From Salinivirgaceae bacterium (GTDB lineage: Bacteria > Bacteroidota > Bacteroidia > Bacteroidales > SZUA-534): a DNA stretch of 64,000 nucleotides. Under the pieces are notes generated by a model. That model had not been told where the DNA came from, did not search any database, and was given only the letters and a program-made list of their open reading frames with translations. Every line of letters begins with the position of its first letter. Position 1 is the stretch's first letter. Location of the stretch: positions 9,366 to 73,365 of the forward strand of contig JAFYYJ010000117.1 of NCBI GenBank assembly GCA_017557605.1. The letters run 5' to 3'. Made by a program: the position numbers and the translations under genes. Positions 29,399 to 38,761 of the stretch are shown one piece after another.

Positions 29399-30118
29399 AT
29401 GCTCTGTACCGACCGCATAATAGTCCTATCACACACACGATACACCGACACATCGGTTATTGTACAGGCGCTGTCGGAGCAACATGGACGCATATCGCTG
29501 ATGGTTCGCGGCTTTGGCGGAAAAAGCCGGTCGAAGTTGGGCATGTTCCATCCTATGGCACTGCTCGATGCGGTTTACAGCTACCGCGAGGAACGGCAGG
29601 TGCAGCAGCTGACTGAATACAAACCGTCACCAGCACTGCCCAACTGCACTACCGACCTGCGCAAAAGCACCTTGCTGATGTTTCTGGCAGAGGTTGTCTG
29701 CAAAAGCATTCGCGAGGAGACAGCCGACCCGTCGCAGTTCACTTTTATCGGCACCGCCGTTCAGATTTTGGAGCAGATGCAGGCCGGAATACAGAATTTT
29801 CATATCGCTTTTCTGCTGAAACTGAGCCGGCATCTGGGTTTCAACCTCAATCCGCTTGAGCCTGGCCAGCATTTTTTCGACCTCGAGTCGGGGTTGGGAA
29901 CCGTGGCGCGGCCCATGCACCGCAATTTCATCACCGACGAGCAGTTTGTGCAGCTATACCAGTTTGCCGACTGCCCGTTCGACCAGCTCCAGCAAATTCC
30001 GTTGAGCCGCACCGACCGCGATTTTCTACTGACAACCACACTGTTATGGTACGGATTCCGCATCCCGACAATGAAAGGTGTCAATTCATACAGCATTCTG
30101 CACGAGGTGTTTAGCTAA
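29399..30118 (+). CDS. recO: DNA repair protein RecO
   Basis: 239 aa. The N-terminal OB-fold region (IVLSHTRYTDTSVIVQALSEQHGRISLMVRG) and overall length are typical of Bacteroidota RecO. Confidence 0.8.
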   Translation: MLCTDRIIVLSHTRYTDTSVIVQALSEQHGRISLMVRGFGGKSRSKLGMFHPMALLDAVYSYREERQVQQLTEYKPSPALPNCTTDLRKSTLLMFLAEVVCKSIREETADPSQFTFIGTAVQILEQMQAGIQNFHIAFLLKLSRHLGFNLNPLEPGQHFFDLESGLGTVARPMHRNFITDEQFVQLYQFADCPFDQLQQIPLSRTDRDFLLTTTLLWYGFRIPTMKGVNSYSILHEVFS

Positions 30119-30205
30119 CAATCAAAACCTTGCGCTGGGCGGCAGCCACAAAATTTTGCATTGTATATTTTCTTTTATAATATTGTGCTTCAATAAAAAA
30201 CAACG

Positions 30206-30520
30206 ATGGGCAAAATAGTGATAATCATATTATCCGCAATCGCAATTTTCAGCTGCTCAGCCGAAGATGCCGAAAAGGAAACCGCGGTTTTGTCGGAAAC
30301 GGGAATTTTGGTCGACATGTCGAAGTTCGACGGTTGCGGCTGGGTTTTCAAGTACGACAACATCACGCTTGAGCCCTACAATCTATCAAAATTCGACATC
30401 ACTCCCACCGACAGCATGCCCGTAGGAATCCGTTACTTTCTGTCCGCCAGTCAGAACTCAACATGCATGATTGGCACAGTTATCTCACTTGTCGAAATTT
30501 GGAAAATTCCTGAAGATTAA
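30206..30520 (+). CDS. small lipoprotein, function unknown
   Basis: 104 aa with a lipoprotein signal (IILSAIAIFSCSAED). It is followed by a strong terminator. Confidence 0.6.
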   Translation: MGKIVIIILSAIAIFSCSAEDAEKETAVLSETGILVDMSKFDGCGWVFKYDNITLEPYNLSKFDITPTDSMPVGIRYFLSASQNSTCMIGTVISLVEIWKIPED

Positions 30521-30541
30521 CAGATTAATTGAATGATAAAA

Positions 30542-30580
30542 AAGGTCGGAAAACAAACGCTTTCCGACCTTTTGCTTTTC
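30542..30580. terminator. bidirectional intrinsic terminator between convergent genes
   Basis: Perfect 11-bp stem, aaggtcggaaa (30542-30552) with tttccgacctt (30561-30571), flanked by an A-run upstream and a T-rich run downstream. Confidence 0.8.
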
Positions 30581-30591
30581 TGCCTCTCGAT

Positions 30592-31608
30592 TTATCTTTT
30601 ATAAGTTATCATGTCATCAGGTGTGTTCGATTTGCAAACATAATTGCCTGTGAGTGTGCCTTTGGCCGGAATGAGGGTGTTGTCGATAACACAGATTCCG
30701 CCGCACGAGTTGGTTGCCGTGTTGCCTGTCACCTCAACGTCCGATGCTTCAACCGTAACAAACTCATACACAACGAGTCCGCCAGCATCGTAAGCCGTGT
30801 TGCCGGATATCTTGGTGTTCTTGATTTTTATGGTGTAAGGTTCACGCTCAATGTCTCTGATGTTGGCGCAGATGCCGCCGCCGGTGTTATGCGCCTCGTT
30901 GCCCGATATCACACAGTTCTCAATCAGATAGCCGTCTTCGTATTTTTCAGTACCGTTCATTATATAAATGCCACCACCATTGGTCGATACTGATTCACCC
31001 ACGGTCTTATTATTGATAATCTGGCAGTTGTCAAGATGCATTGCTGTGTAGCTTGCCTCAATACCGGCACCGCTGCTTGTTTTCGTATTGTTTCTGACGA
31101 TGCAGTTTTTCATATACAGATAGCTGTCGAAACCTGTTCTGATTCCACCTTCGGTGCAGTTCTCAATAATGCAGTTTTCCATAAAGGCTCCCGAATTCTC
31201 GATATTGATGCCGCAGCCACTTACATTACTTATAGTCAGATTTTTAAGATTTGTCGGAGCTTCGTCTTCCAACCAAATGCCGTTATCTTTTTGCGAAAAC
31301 TTAAGAACGGCGTTGCCGCTGCCGTACCCGATGATATTGTTGTTGTGGTAATACAGCCCTGTTCCCCAATCATCGCCTTCAATTTCAAATGTTCCCTCAA
31401 GATAGAAAGTGAACGACGCCGTGTCTTCACCAATGCCGTTTTCAATGGCAAAATTGTGAGCTCGGGCAATAGTCTTGAACGGACTTTCCTGTGTTCCCAA
31501 ATTGTCGTCGGAGCCGTTGATGCTACTGATGTAAACCTCGTGGGTATAATGCTTGCAGCCAATCAAACCGAGTGCTGCAAAAGCACAAATCATAAGTTTC
31601 TGTTTCAT
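30592..31608 (-). CDS. right-handed parallel beta-helix repeat lipoprotein
   Basis: 338 aa with lipoprotein signal CAFAALGLIGCKH. Periodic beta-helix repeats of about 22-25 aa are present (NCIIENCTEGGI, NCIVRNNT, NCQIINNKT, NCVISGNEAHNTGGGI, ISGNTAYDAGG, VTGNTATNSCGGI). Confidence 0.75.
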   Translation of the reverse strand: MKQKLMICAFAALGLIGCKHYTHEVYISSINGSDDNLGTQESPFKTIARAHNFAIENGIGEDTASFTFYLEGTFEIEGDDWGTGLYYHNNNIIGYGSGNAVLKFSQKDNGIWLEDEAPTNLKNLTISNVSGCGINIENSGAFMENCIIENCTEGGIRTGFDSYLYMKNCIVRNNTKTSSGAGIEASYTAMHLDNCQIINNKTVGESVSTNGGGIYIMNGTEKYEDGYLIENCVISGNEAHNTGGGICANIRDIEREPYTIKIKNTKISGNTAYDAGGLVVYEFVTVEASDVEVTGNTATNSCGGICVIDNTLIPAKGTLTGNYVCKSNTPDDMITYKR

Positions 31609-31651
31609 ATTGATATTATTAATTAGTTCGTCTGCAAAAATATAATTTGGT

Positions 31652-32815
31652 TTATTCCATCCACCGCCGAATCTTGATTTTCATGGCGTTGGCAATAGGT
31701 TTGTCGGCAACCAAGGCCAGATAGCCGCCACCACCGGCGCCCGCAAGTTTCCATCCCAAAACATCGGGTTTGTATTGCTCTATCACATTCAGAATCTTAT
31801 CGTTGACCATATTGGGAAACATTGCCGTCTGCGCCTCGAACGATTCGGTAACGGCCTTGCTAAATTCTTGCAAATCTTTCGCCATAATTGCATTCCAGCA
31901 ATGGTCAGCAGCAGCGGTTAATGCACAGATTTTCTGCGGAGTGATGTCGGTGTTGCAGAGCAGGTCAGTGCCATCAGGACGTGGCCAAAGCGTGACAAGA
32001 TAGATATGGTCTTCGAGCCAGGTAAGTATGGCTTCATCATCGACGCGCTCAATTCGCTCGGGCCAGTAAACGCCGTTGTAGTAGTGCCGCACAAGTCCCG
32101 GAACGCAGATTCCGATGGCGTCCTGCGCTCCCGAAATTATTGTGCGTCCCGGCTCATTCTCGTAACGGAAAAGCAGCTCAGCAAGTTTTTCGGGCTTTTC
32201 GAGCGGCAGTTGGTACGGCCACAGTTGTTTGGCGGCGTTGCGTGTCGATGTTGACATTCCGCTACGCTCGTTGTATTCCACAATAGGCTCAAGCGATATG
32301 GTGATGGCCCATCCGGGGCGGATTTTCGACAGCATAGGCTGGTCAATCCATGTGCCGGCAATGTCGAGACGGTAAGGCAGTTGGCAGCCGATGCCGCCAC
32401 GCAAGGCGGTTGTTGAGCGAGTGGGCAGTCCGGCTTCGGGCGTGCGTTTTAGCACAATATATTCGATGCCCAACTCACGGCAGAGGTCAGCTTTGGCAGG
32501 CGAGTGTCCGTCTTCGTTCACCACATAGCGGTCAGGTTTGAGGCGGCGAAGTTCATCAACAAAATCGAGCAGTCCGCTACCGCTGTTAATCCACGCGTCA
32601 GTCACATAACGGATTGATTTAACCATATATAGCCGTTCCTGCTCGGAGTTGATGGTTTTGCGCCCCTTCAACTCTTCAATTGTCCGGTCCGACCCGATGC
32701 CCACATACAAATCGCCATACGTGGCCGCCTCTTTGAAAAACGCCACGTGGCCGCTGTGCAGCATATCGTAGCAACCCGAAACAAAAACTTTCATAGTCTG
32801 ATTTTTATTGGCCAA
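31652..32815 (-). CDS. fusion protein: N-terminal cytidylyltransferase-like nucleotidyltransferase plus C-terminal GHMP/fucokinase-like sugar kinase domain
   Basis: 387 aa. The N-terminus VFVSGCYDMLHSGHVAFFKEA...GIGSD carries the (H/T)xGH nucleotidyltransferase motif. The C-terminal part has a GHMP-like ERSGMSTST motif and the GHMP C-terminal signature WKLAGAGGGGYLALV. Confidence 0.7.
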   Translation of the reverse strand: MANKNQTMKVFVSGCYDMLHSGHVAFFKEAATYGDLYVGIGSDRTIEELKGRKTINSEQERLYMVKSIRYVTDAWINSGSGLLDFVDELRRLKPDRYVVNEDGHSPAKADLCRELGIEYIVLKRTPEAGLPTRSTTALRGGIGCQLPYRLDIAGTWIDQPMLSKIRPGWAITISLEPIVEYNERSGMSTSTRNAAKQLWPYQLPLEKPEKLAELLFRYENEPGRTIISGAQDAIGICVPGLVRHYYNGVYWPERIERVDDEAILTWLEDHIYLVTLWPRPDGTDLLCNTDITPQKICALTAAADHCWNAIMAKDLQEFSKAVTESFEAQTAMFPNMVNDKILNVIEQYKPDVLGWKLAGAGGGGYLALVADKPIANAMKIKIRRWME

Positions 32816-32974
32816 AGGTGGCGAAAATTTTAGGATATCGGTGTCTCAATTTAGAATTTTGACCTGACAATCGTTCCGAATCAGATATATGATTGTTATA
32901 GCTAAACAAAAAATCCTTATAATTGTAAGTTGTATTAGAAAATACATTAAGCAACTTAATTAATCTTTTGCAAG

Positions 32975-35900
32975 ATGAAGAAAATATTCTCACACATGAT
33001 GCTCATAGCTGCAATGGCGATAATTTCGGCCAGTGCTATGGCGCAAAACTCATTCAGTTATCAAGCCGTTATTCGCAACAATGGCGAAGTTGTCAGCAAC
33101 CAAGATGTCAGCTTGCTCATCAGTATTTTAAACGGCAGCGATGTCTGCTACCAGGAGACTCAGAAAGTCAAGACCAACGCCTACGGCAACATAAGCGTCA
33201 GCGTTGGTGAGGGCGAACCCAAAACCGGCAGTTTTGCGGCCATTCCGTGGGAGACAATGCAAGTGATGATGCAGGTTGAAGTGAGCACCGACGGCTCGGA
33301 AAATTACGTGAATATGGGGCAAATGCAGATTCAGCCAGTGCCATACGCCATCTACGCGGCTCGCACTGCCACAGTCATACAACCGGCTGTTGCCAGCGAA
33401 GACCCCATTTTTGAAGTCCGCGACAACAATGGCGAGCTGATGTTCGCTGTTTACGAGACCGGCGTAAAGGTTTATGTTGACCAAGACGGCTCAAAAGCCG
33501 CCAAAGCCAAATTTGCCGTGGCCGGACGCTCGACAAGCAAGGGCGAAGAAAACCTTCTGACTATAAACAACGAAGGAACAACTGTTTATGTTGACGAAAG
33601 CCAAAGTAGCAAGGCGGCTAAAAGTAAGTTTGCTGTTGCTGGCCGCTCAGCCGGCAAAACCGACACCGACCTGCTGACTATCGATGGCTCGGGCTCAACC
33701 ATCTATGTCGATGGTGATGGGAAGGCCGCCAAAAGCAAGTTCGCTGTGGCTGGACGTTCGGGCAGAGGCAAAAAATCAGCCAACAACTACTCAATCGACA
33801 ACAACAACTCAACGCTGTATGTCGATTTCAACGATAATGCCGAGGGCAAAGGCGCCCAAGCCGATGTGCTGACCATCGACGGCGGCCAGGCGACATTCTA
33901 CATCGATGAAACAGAAAGTGGCAAGGCCGCTAAAAGCAAGTTCGCCGTGGCAGGACGCTCAGCCGACAAATCGGTGCAGACCGCCTTCGTTATCGACGGA
34001 ACCGGCACACTTATCTATATTGACGACAACGATAATCAAAATGGCAAGGCCGCCAAAAGCACCTTTGCCGTGGCCGGACGCTCAACGGGAAAAGGCAACA
34101 GCAAATTCTTCTCAATCACTCCCGACAGCACCCGCATCTATGTGAACGATGATGTTGACAACACTAACAACGGAAGTCTGTCCGCTGGTTTCGCCATTGT
34201 CGGCATGACACAAAACACTGATTTGCTTTTTATTAACAAAGACAGTACCGTCATAAAGGCCAACACCTACGTTGCCGAAGAGGTGCAAAGCTCCACCGGC
34301 GAGGTTAGTAAACTTGATGTTGTATTTGGCATTTGGAGCGGAAGTTTGAAATATCAGTATACTCATTATGGACCAAGCGATATGTCAACCGATACAATTG
34401 ACTATTACTTCAGCAGTGGCGGCCGCAACAACTTCTACGGCGTTGATGATTCCAAAAATGCGGAATATTATCCTGGACGCGGCAAATATAGTATTGTAAC
34501 ACACTACAATTCATTAGTTGCCGACGCCAACAGTGTTGAGGACTTAAACTGCTTTTGGGAATATATGTCGGATGGGATATGGTATACTGATAATACTTAT
34601 CCATTCGTTCAGCCAATATTCTCAAAGGAAGGCGTCAACACAATGGTAAATAATATCTTTTTCAACAACTTTAGTAGTATATCTGGTGAAGTGTTCAATT
34701 GGGATGCCGTAAACATAACTAACAATGGCACAGCAACCATCAATATTGGCAATCAAGCATACGAAACCGATAAATATACTTACACAACCGACAGTAGCGG
34801 CGCCACAATAATCCTAACATATTATGTGTATAAAGGTATTGTGTTGCAGATAAATAAATTAAAAACGGAGTTTGACGTAACTACAGAAACCATCATTCTC
34901 AAATGTTTCGAATTCAATGAAGGCGAAGCCATACCGTCATTCCTCAGCTGGCTCAAAAACAGCGGTGTCACCAACTTCTCAGGCATGACTAGCGCCTATT
35001 TGGGCGAAGATTATGGCGAAGGGCATTATTTTGTCGACCTTGGCTTGCCGAGCGGCAACATCTGGGCATCGTGCAATGTGGGCGCACCGTCGTCGTACGA
35101 TTTGGGTAGCTATCTGGCTTGGGGCGAGACCGCAGAAAAAGCGGCATACGAGCAAGATGGCTATTCGGTGGCAGAGTTGATTAGCGGTGGCGACAACAAT
35201 AACGACGCCGCTTGGTTGTGGGGAACAAGCGACAAATTTCCAAATGCAAGCGACTGGTGTATGCCAACTAATGCCGACTGGCAAGAGCTTATCGACGAAT
35301 GTGTGTGGATTTGGGTGAAAGACGAGAAAGGCGTGTATGTTTCTGCTTATGACGAATCGCTCCGCGAATACAAAGGGCAAAACCTCGTGATAAACTCTGT
35401 CGGTGAATTACGAGAGGGTTATAATATCGAACTTATAAATTATATTTTCCTACCCGCAACAGGTTTCTTCGACTATTCAAACATCAACAATACCGGCCAA
35501 GGTTACTATTGGTCTAGCAACAAACAAGACTACGGAGTCAACTGCCTTGTATTCGGCGAAAGCTACCAGCAGATTGGCAACAATCCCGGCTACCAAGGCT
35601 TGCAAGTGCGTCCGGTGATGCATAAGAGCAAAGCATATTGGGTAAAAAAGCCTGAAGGAACGCCTACCGGAGAAGCAACCGGCTCATCGAGTAATCCATT
35701 TAGTTCAATAGATGAGGCTTTAAGTACAATAACGAACGATTTTGAACAAAACAGCGACGCGCTAATGACTTATACCATAATGGTTAACGGCGATGTGGAG
35801 CCTGCCGAAATCTCTGCTCCGGAACGAATCAAACAGATAACTCTTTGTGGCGCCAATGGATTATTAAATGGCGAACCGCAAGATGCCATTGTGGGCAACA

Positions 35901-36922
35901 TTAACACTCGTCCGTTAACCGTCTATAACGGAACAGTTAGAATCAAAAACCTGAAACTCACAGGCGGTGGTATCAATCCTGAAAACCAGAATGCACCAAG
36001 TCAGATAGCTGTGGGCGGCGGTTTGTATTTAGATATGTACGCCAAGGTGACACTCGACAGCGGCGCGTTTGTAATGAAAAACGTTGCTTGCACAACAGAC
36101 ATCAGCTATGGAGGCGGTGTGTACGTATTCCGAGGTGGTGAACTTACCATGCTCGGCGGTTCAAAAATCAGCGAAAACCAAGTTGGTGGTGACGGTTATT
36201 ATGGTTGTGGCGCAGGTGTATATATTAATGGTTCTGACTATGGCGGAAAATTAACTATATATGGTGGCGAGATTAGCGAAAACAAGTGCGTTGGCTCATT
36301 TAGCAATGATAAAACTAATACAATTGAGTATTCGAAAGGTGGAGGTGTTTATATCGATGACTTTGCCGAATTTTATATGTATGGTGGACTTATAACAAAA
36401 AACACAATAGAAGAAAGCGCCAGTGCCGCAGAAGGCCAAACAGTAATTCACGGCACGGGTGGAGGTGTATGTCGTGATGCATTTGATAGTAGATATCAGA
36501 TGTTTGGTGGCATGATTACCGATAACACTGCGGCAAATGCGCCTGGATTATATGTTTTTAGCAGTTCCTCCAGCAATTTTGAACCTATTTTTATTGGCGG
36601 CAGCTCATACATCAGCGATATTCATTTTAATTTCAATGAACAATCAGGATGCATCGGCATTGTGTTAAGCGAACCCTTGACAACTAACAAAAACATGTCG
36701 CTTACAGTAGAAAATGTTGGCAGCGATGTGGGTATTAACATATTGACATACTATACTGAAGATAGTAATTATAACGGACAAATTCTTAGAGATGCTAAAA
36801 ACCTATTTACTCTGACAAATGAAAACTACTCAATTGGTGATGAAATTGAGCAAAGCTCTTGGTATGATGGTTATCATAATTATTATCAGTATAGTTTCAT
36901 GTTAGTACCTCAGAGCAAATAG
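32975..36922 (+). CDS. giant surface protein: signal peptide, conserved N-domain, five to six KAAKSKFAVAGRS-type repeats, middle region, FISUMP/DUF1566-like module and C-terminal parallel beta-helix
   Basis: 1315-aa intact ORF, paralogous over its first about 440 aa to ORFs 23954-25402 and 20575-23985. It contains YFVDLGLPSGNIWASCNVG...YLAWGET...CMPTNADWQELI...LPATG...YYWSS...QVRPV, then beta-helix repeats with GGGLY/GGGVY/GAGVY. Confidence 0.85.
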   Translation: MKKIFSHMMLIAAMAIISASAMAQNSFSYQAVIRNNGEVVSNQDVSLLISILNGSDVCYQETQKVKTNAYGNISVSVGEGEPKTGSFAAIPWETMQVMMQVEVSTDGSENYVNMGQMQIQPVPYAIYAARTATVIQPAVASEDPIFEVRDNNGELMFAVYETGVKVYVDQDGSKAAKAKFAVAGRSTSKGEENLLTINNEGTTVYVDESQSSKAAKSKFAVAGRSAGKTDTDLLTIDGSGSTIYVDGDGKAAKSKFAVAGRSGRGKKSANNYSIDNNNSTLYVDFNDNAEGKGAQADVLTIDGGQATFYIDETESGKAAKSKFAVAGRSADKSVQTAFVIDGTGTLIYIDDNDNQNGKAAKSTFAVAGRSTGKGNSKFFSITPDSTRIYVNDDVDNTNNGSLSAGFAIVGMTQNTDLLFINKDSTVIKANTYVAEEVQSSTGEVSKLDVVFGIWSGSLKYQYTHYGPSDMSTDTIDYYFSSGGRNNFYGVDDSKNAEYYPGRGKYSIVTHYNSLVADANSVEDLNCFWEYMSDGIWYTDNTYPFVQPIFSKEGVNTMVNNIFFNNFSSISGEVFNWDAVNITNNGTATINIGNQAYETDKYTYTTDSSGATIILTYYVYKGIVLQINKLKTEFDVTTETIILKCFEFNEGEAIPSFLSWLKNSGVTNFSGMTSAYLGEDYGEGHYFVDLGLPSGNIWASCNVGAPSSYDLGSYLAWGETAEKAAYEQDGYSVAELISGGDNNNDAAWLWGTSDKFPNASDWCMPTNADWQELIDECVWIWVKDEKGVYVSAYDESLREYKGQNLVINSVGELREGYNIELINYIFLPATGFFDYSNINNTGQGYYWSSNKQDYGVNCLVFGESYQQIGNNPGYQGLQVRPVMHKSKAYWVKKPEGTPTGEATGSSSNPFSSIDEALSTITNDFEQNSDALMTYTIMVNGDVEPAEISAPERIKQITLCGANGLLNGEPQDAIVGNINTRPLTVYNGTVRIKNLKLTGGGINPENQNAPSQIAVGGGLYLDMYAKVTLDSGAFVMKNVACTTDISYGGGVYVFRGGELTMLGGSKISENQVGGDGYYGCGAGVYINGSDYGGKLTIYGGEISENKCVGSFSNDKTNTIEYSKGGGVYIDDFAEFYMYGGLITKNTIEESASAAEGQTVIHGTGGGVCRDAFDSRYQMFGGMITDNTAANAPGLYVFSSSSSNFEPIFIGGSSYISDIHFNFNEQSGCIGIVLSEPLTTNKNMSLTVENVGSDVGINILTYYTEDSNYNGQILRDAKNLFTLTNENYSIGDEIEQSSWYDGYHNYYQYSFMLVPQSK

Positions 36923-36943
36923 CATTGGCTGTTTACAACATTC

Positions 36944-36991
36944 AAACGGGCATCAGGGAAAAACCTTGGTACCCGTTTTTTTATGTGGATT
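36944..36991 (+). terminator. probable intrinsic terminator of the 32975 gene
   Basis: Imperfect hairpin aaacgggcatcaggg...ccttggtacccgttt followed by a T-run (tttttttatg). Confidence 0.55.
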
Positions 36992-37182
36992 TTTGAAACA
37001 ACTGACTTATTAAAATATTCAGCCATCACCCCACATTTTCTTTTTCTTTTTGCAATAAAACTATCAGCAAATCGTTTTATTTTTCCGAGCCTTAAATAGG
37101 CCGCATGGCATGAATGCAAGAGACTGGTTTTGAGCTTGTTTCCGATATTCGCCATTATGATTGAGCAACTAACAAAACACTT

Positions 37183-38607
37183 ATGGAGGCAAAACGACCT
37201 TGCTTGCAGGTTCTTAAATACCTTACTGCCGACTATCTGGCGGCTCTGCTGTCGTGGGTGTTGTTCTTTGTCTTCCGCAAAAAGCTGGTTCTGAATGATA
37301 TCACCAATTTCGATATTATCACATCTGGCGAGCCAACGCTGATTATCGGCATCATTGTCATTCCTATTTTTTGGATTCTGCTTTATTACATAGCCGGTCA
37401 CTACGACAACATCTATCACAAATCGAGGTTGAAGGAGCTTGGCAACACCGCCTTTATAAGCATTCTGGGTGTGGTTATCATATTCTTCGTATTGATTCTT
37501 GACGATAATATCATAACATATCGGAACTACTATCAATCGTTCTTTTATCTGCTTGGTTGTCAGTTCGGTATAACCTACACTTTCCGTCTTTTCCTGACGA
37601 ATGCGGTGGTGCGTAAAATCAGAAACCGTCAGATAGGTTTCCGCACGCTTATCATCGGCAGCGGCGACCAGGCCTACAAGCTCTATCACGACTTAAGCAA
37701 CAAACCCAAATCGGCGGGCGAGTATTTTGTGGGTTACATCACAATCAACGGTAGCCGCAGCGCCGAGTTGGCCTCATCACTGCCGAATATGGGCAACATC
37801 GACAACCTTATTTCGGTTATCAACGACGAGAAGATTGAGGAGGTGATAATCGCCATTGAGTCGCACGAACGCTCTAAGATTCAAGAGATTGTGGTCAAGG
37901 TGAAATCGACCAACGTCCAAATCCGCGCCGTCCCCGACATTCTGGATATCATTTCGGGTAACGTGAAAATGTCGTCAATCTTTGGCGTTCCGCTCATCGA
38001 GATGTCACACGACACAATGCCCGCATGGCAGATTAATGTCAAACGGCTAATCGATATTGTGGTGTCGCTTATGGCTATTATATTGCTCATTCCGACTTAC
38101 ATTGTTCTTGCCATTTGCGTTAAATTCTCATCTAAAGGACCGATTTTCTATTGTCAGGAACGGTTGGGAAGATACGCAAAGCCATTCAAAATCATAAAGT
38201 TCCGCACAATGTATGTCGATGCCGAGAAAGACGGCCCGGCTCTTTCGAGCGACAACGACCCGCGTATAACTCCGCTTGGCCGGTTTATGCGCAAAGTCCG
38301 CTTCGACGAGCTTCCGCAGTTTGTCAATGTGCTTAAAGGCGATATGTCGCTTGTGGGACCACGTCCGGAGCGCGAGTTCTACATTGAACAGATTGTGCAG
38401 CGGGCTCCACACTACTATTCTGTTTTCAAGGTTCGCCCGGGAATAACATCGTGGGGACAAGTAAAATACGGCTATGCCGAGAACGTCGACGAAATGGTCG
38501 ACCGCCTGAAATACGACATCATCTACCTCGAAAACATGTCGCTCTATCTCGACATAAAAATTCTCATCTACACCGTTAAGATAGTGTTTGAGGGCAGCGG
38601 CAAATAG
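37183..38607 (+). CDS. polyprenyl glycosylphosphotransferase (bacterial sugar transferase, WbaP/WcaJ-like)
   Basis: 474 aa with N-terminal TM helices. The C-terminal sugar-transferase domain reads KRLIDIVVSLMAIILLIP...GPIFYCQERLG...FKIIKFRTM...DPRITPLGRFMRKVRFDELPQFVNVLKGDMSLVGPRPER. Confidence 0.9.
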   Translation: MEAKRPCLQVLKYLTADYLAALLSWVLFFVFRKKLVLNDITNFDIITSGEPTLIIGIIVIPIFWILLYYIAGHYDNIYHKSRLKELGNTAFISILGVVIIFFVLILDDNIITYRNYYQSFFYLLGCQFGITYTFRLFLTNAVVRKIRNRQIGFRTLIIGSGDQAYKLYHDLSNKPKSAGEYFVGYITINGSRSAELASSLPNMGNIDNLISVINDEKIEEVIIAIESHERSKIQEIVVKVKSTNVQIRAVPDILDIISGNVKMSSIFGVPLIEMSHDTMPAWQINVKRLIDIVVSLMAIILLIPTYIVLAICVKFSSKGPIFYCQERLGRYAKPFKIIKFRTMYVDAEKDGPALSSDNDPRITPLGRFMRKVRFDELPQFVNVLKGDMSLVGPRPEREFYIEQIVQRAPHYYSVFKVRPGITSWGQVKYGYAENVDEMVDRLKYDIIYLENMSLYLDIKILIYTVKIVFEGSGK

Positions 38608-38719
38608 CTGGCTTCCGACTCAAGAATATGCATATTTTCTGCATATATATGCAATTTGCAAATATTTAACGCAAGCCTAATAAAATTGCATTTTATTGTA
38701 TCAGTATAAAAGAAATGTA

Positions 38720-38727
38720 TATTTTTG
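38720..38727 (+). promoter_or_regulatory. Bacteroides-type -7 promoter box (TATTTTTG matches TAnnTTTG) upstream of the CoA-transferase gene
   Basis: Exact match to the TAnnTTTG consensus 35 nt upstream of the ATG at 38762. No clear -33 element was checked. Confidence 0.4.
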
Positions 38728-38761
38728 CGCTCCGTTATAATTGTATAATAATGCAATAAAA

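Noticed and set aside
24000-34300. The 5' parts of the two giant surface-protein genes form a large inverted repeat around a 7.5-kb segment. This could be a shufflon-like invertible region that swaps N-termini or promoters.
   Set aside because: At the DNA level the arms are only loosely similar; the longest identical stretches I could find are about 16-17 nt. No recombinase gene is present, and the intervening genes are housekeeping (yidD, PorZ-like, recO). Old paralogy is the simpler explanation.
36910-37689. A 259-aa minus-strand ORF overlaps the terminator region of the giant gene and the 5' end of the glycosylphosphotransferase gene.
   Set aside because: It overlaps a clearly coding plus-strand gene, crosses an intergenic terminator, and has no recognisable features.
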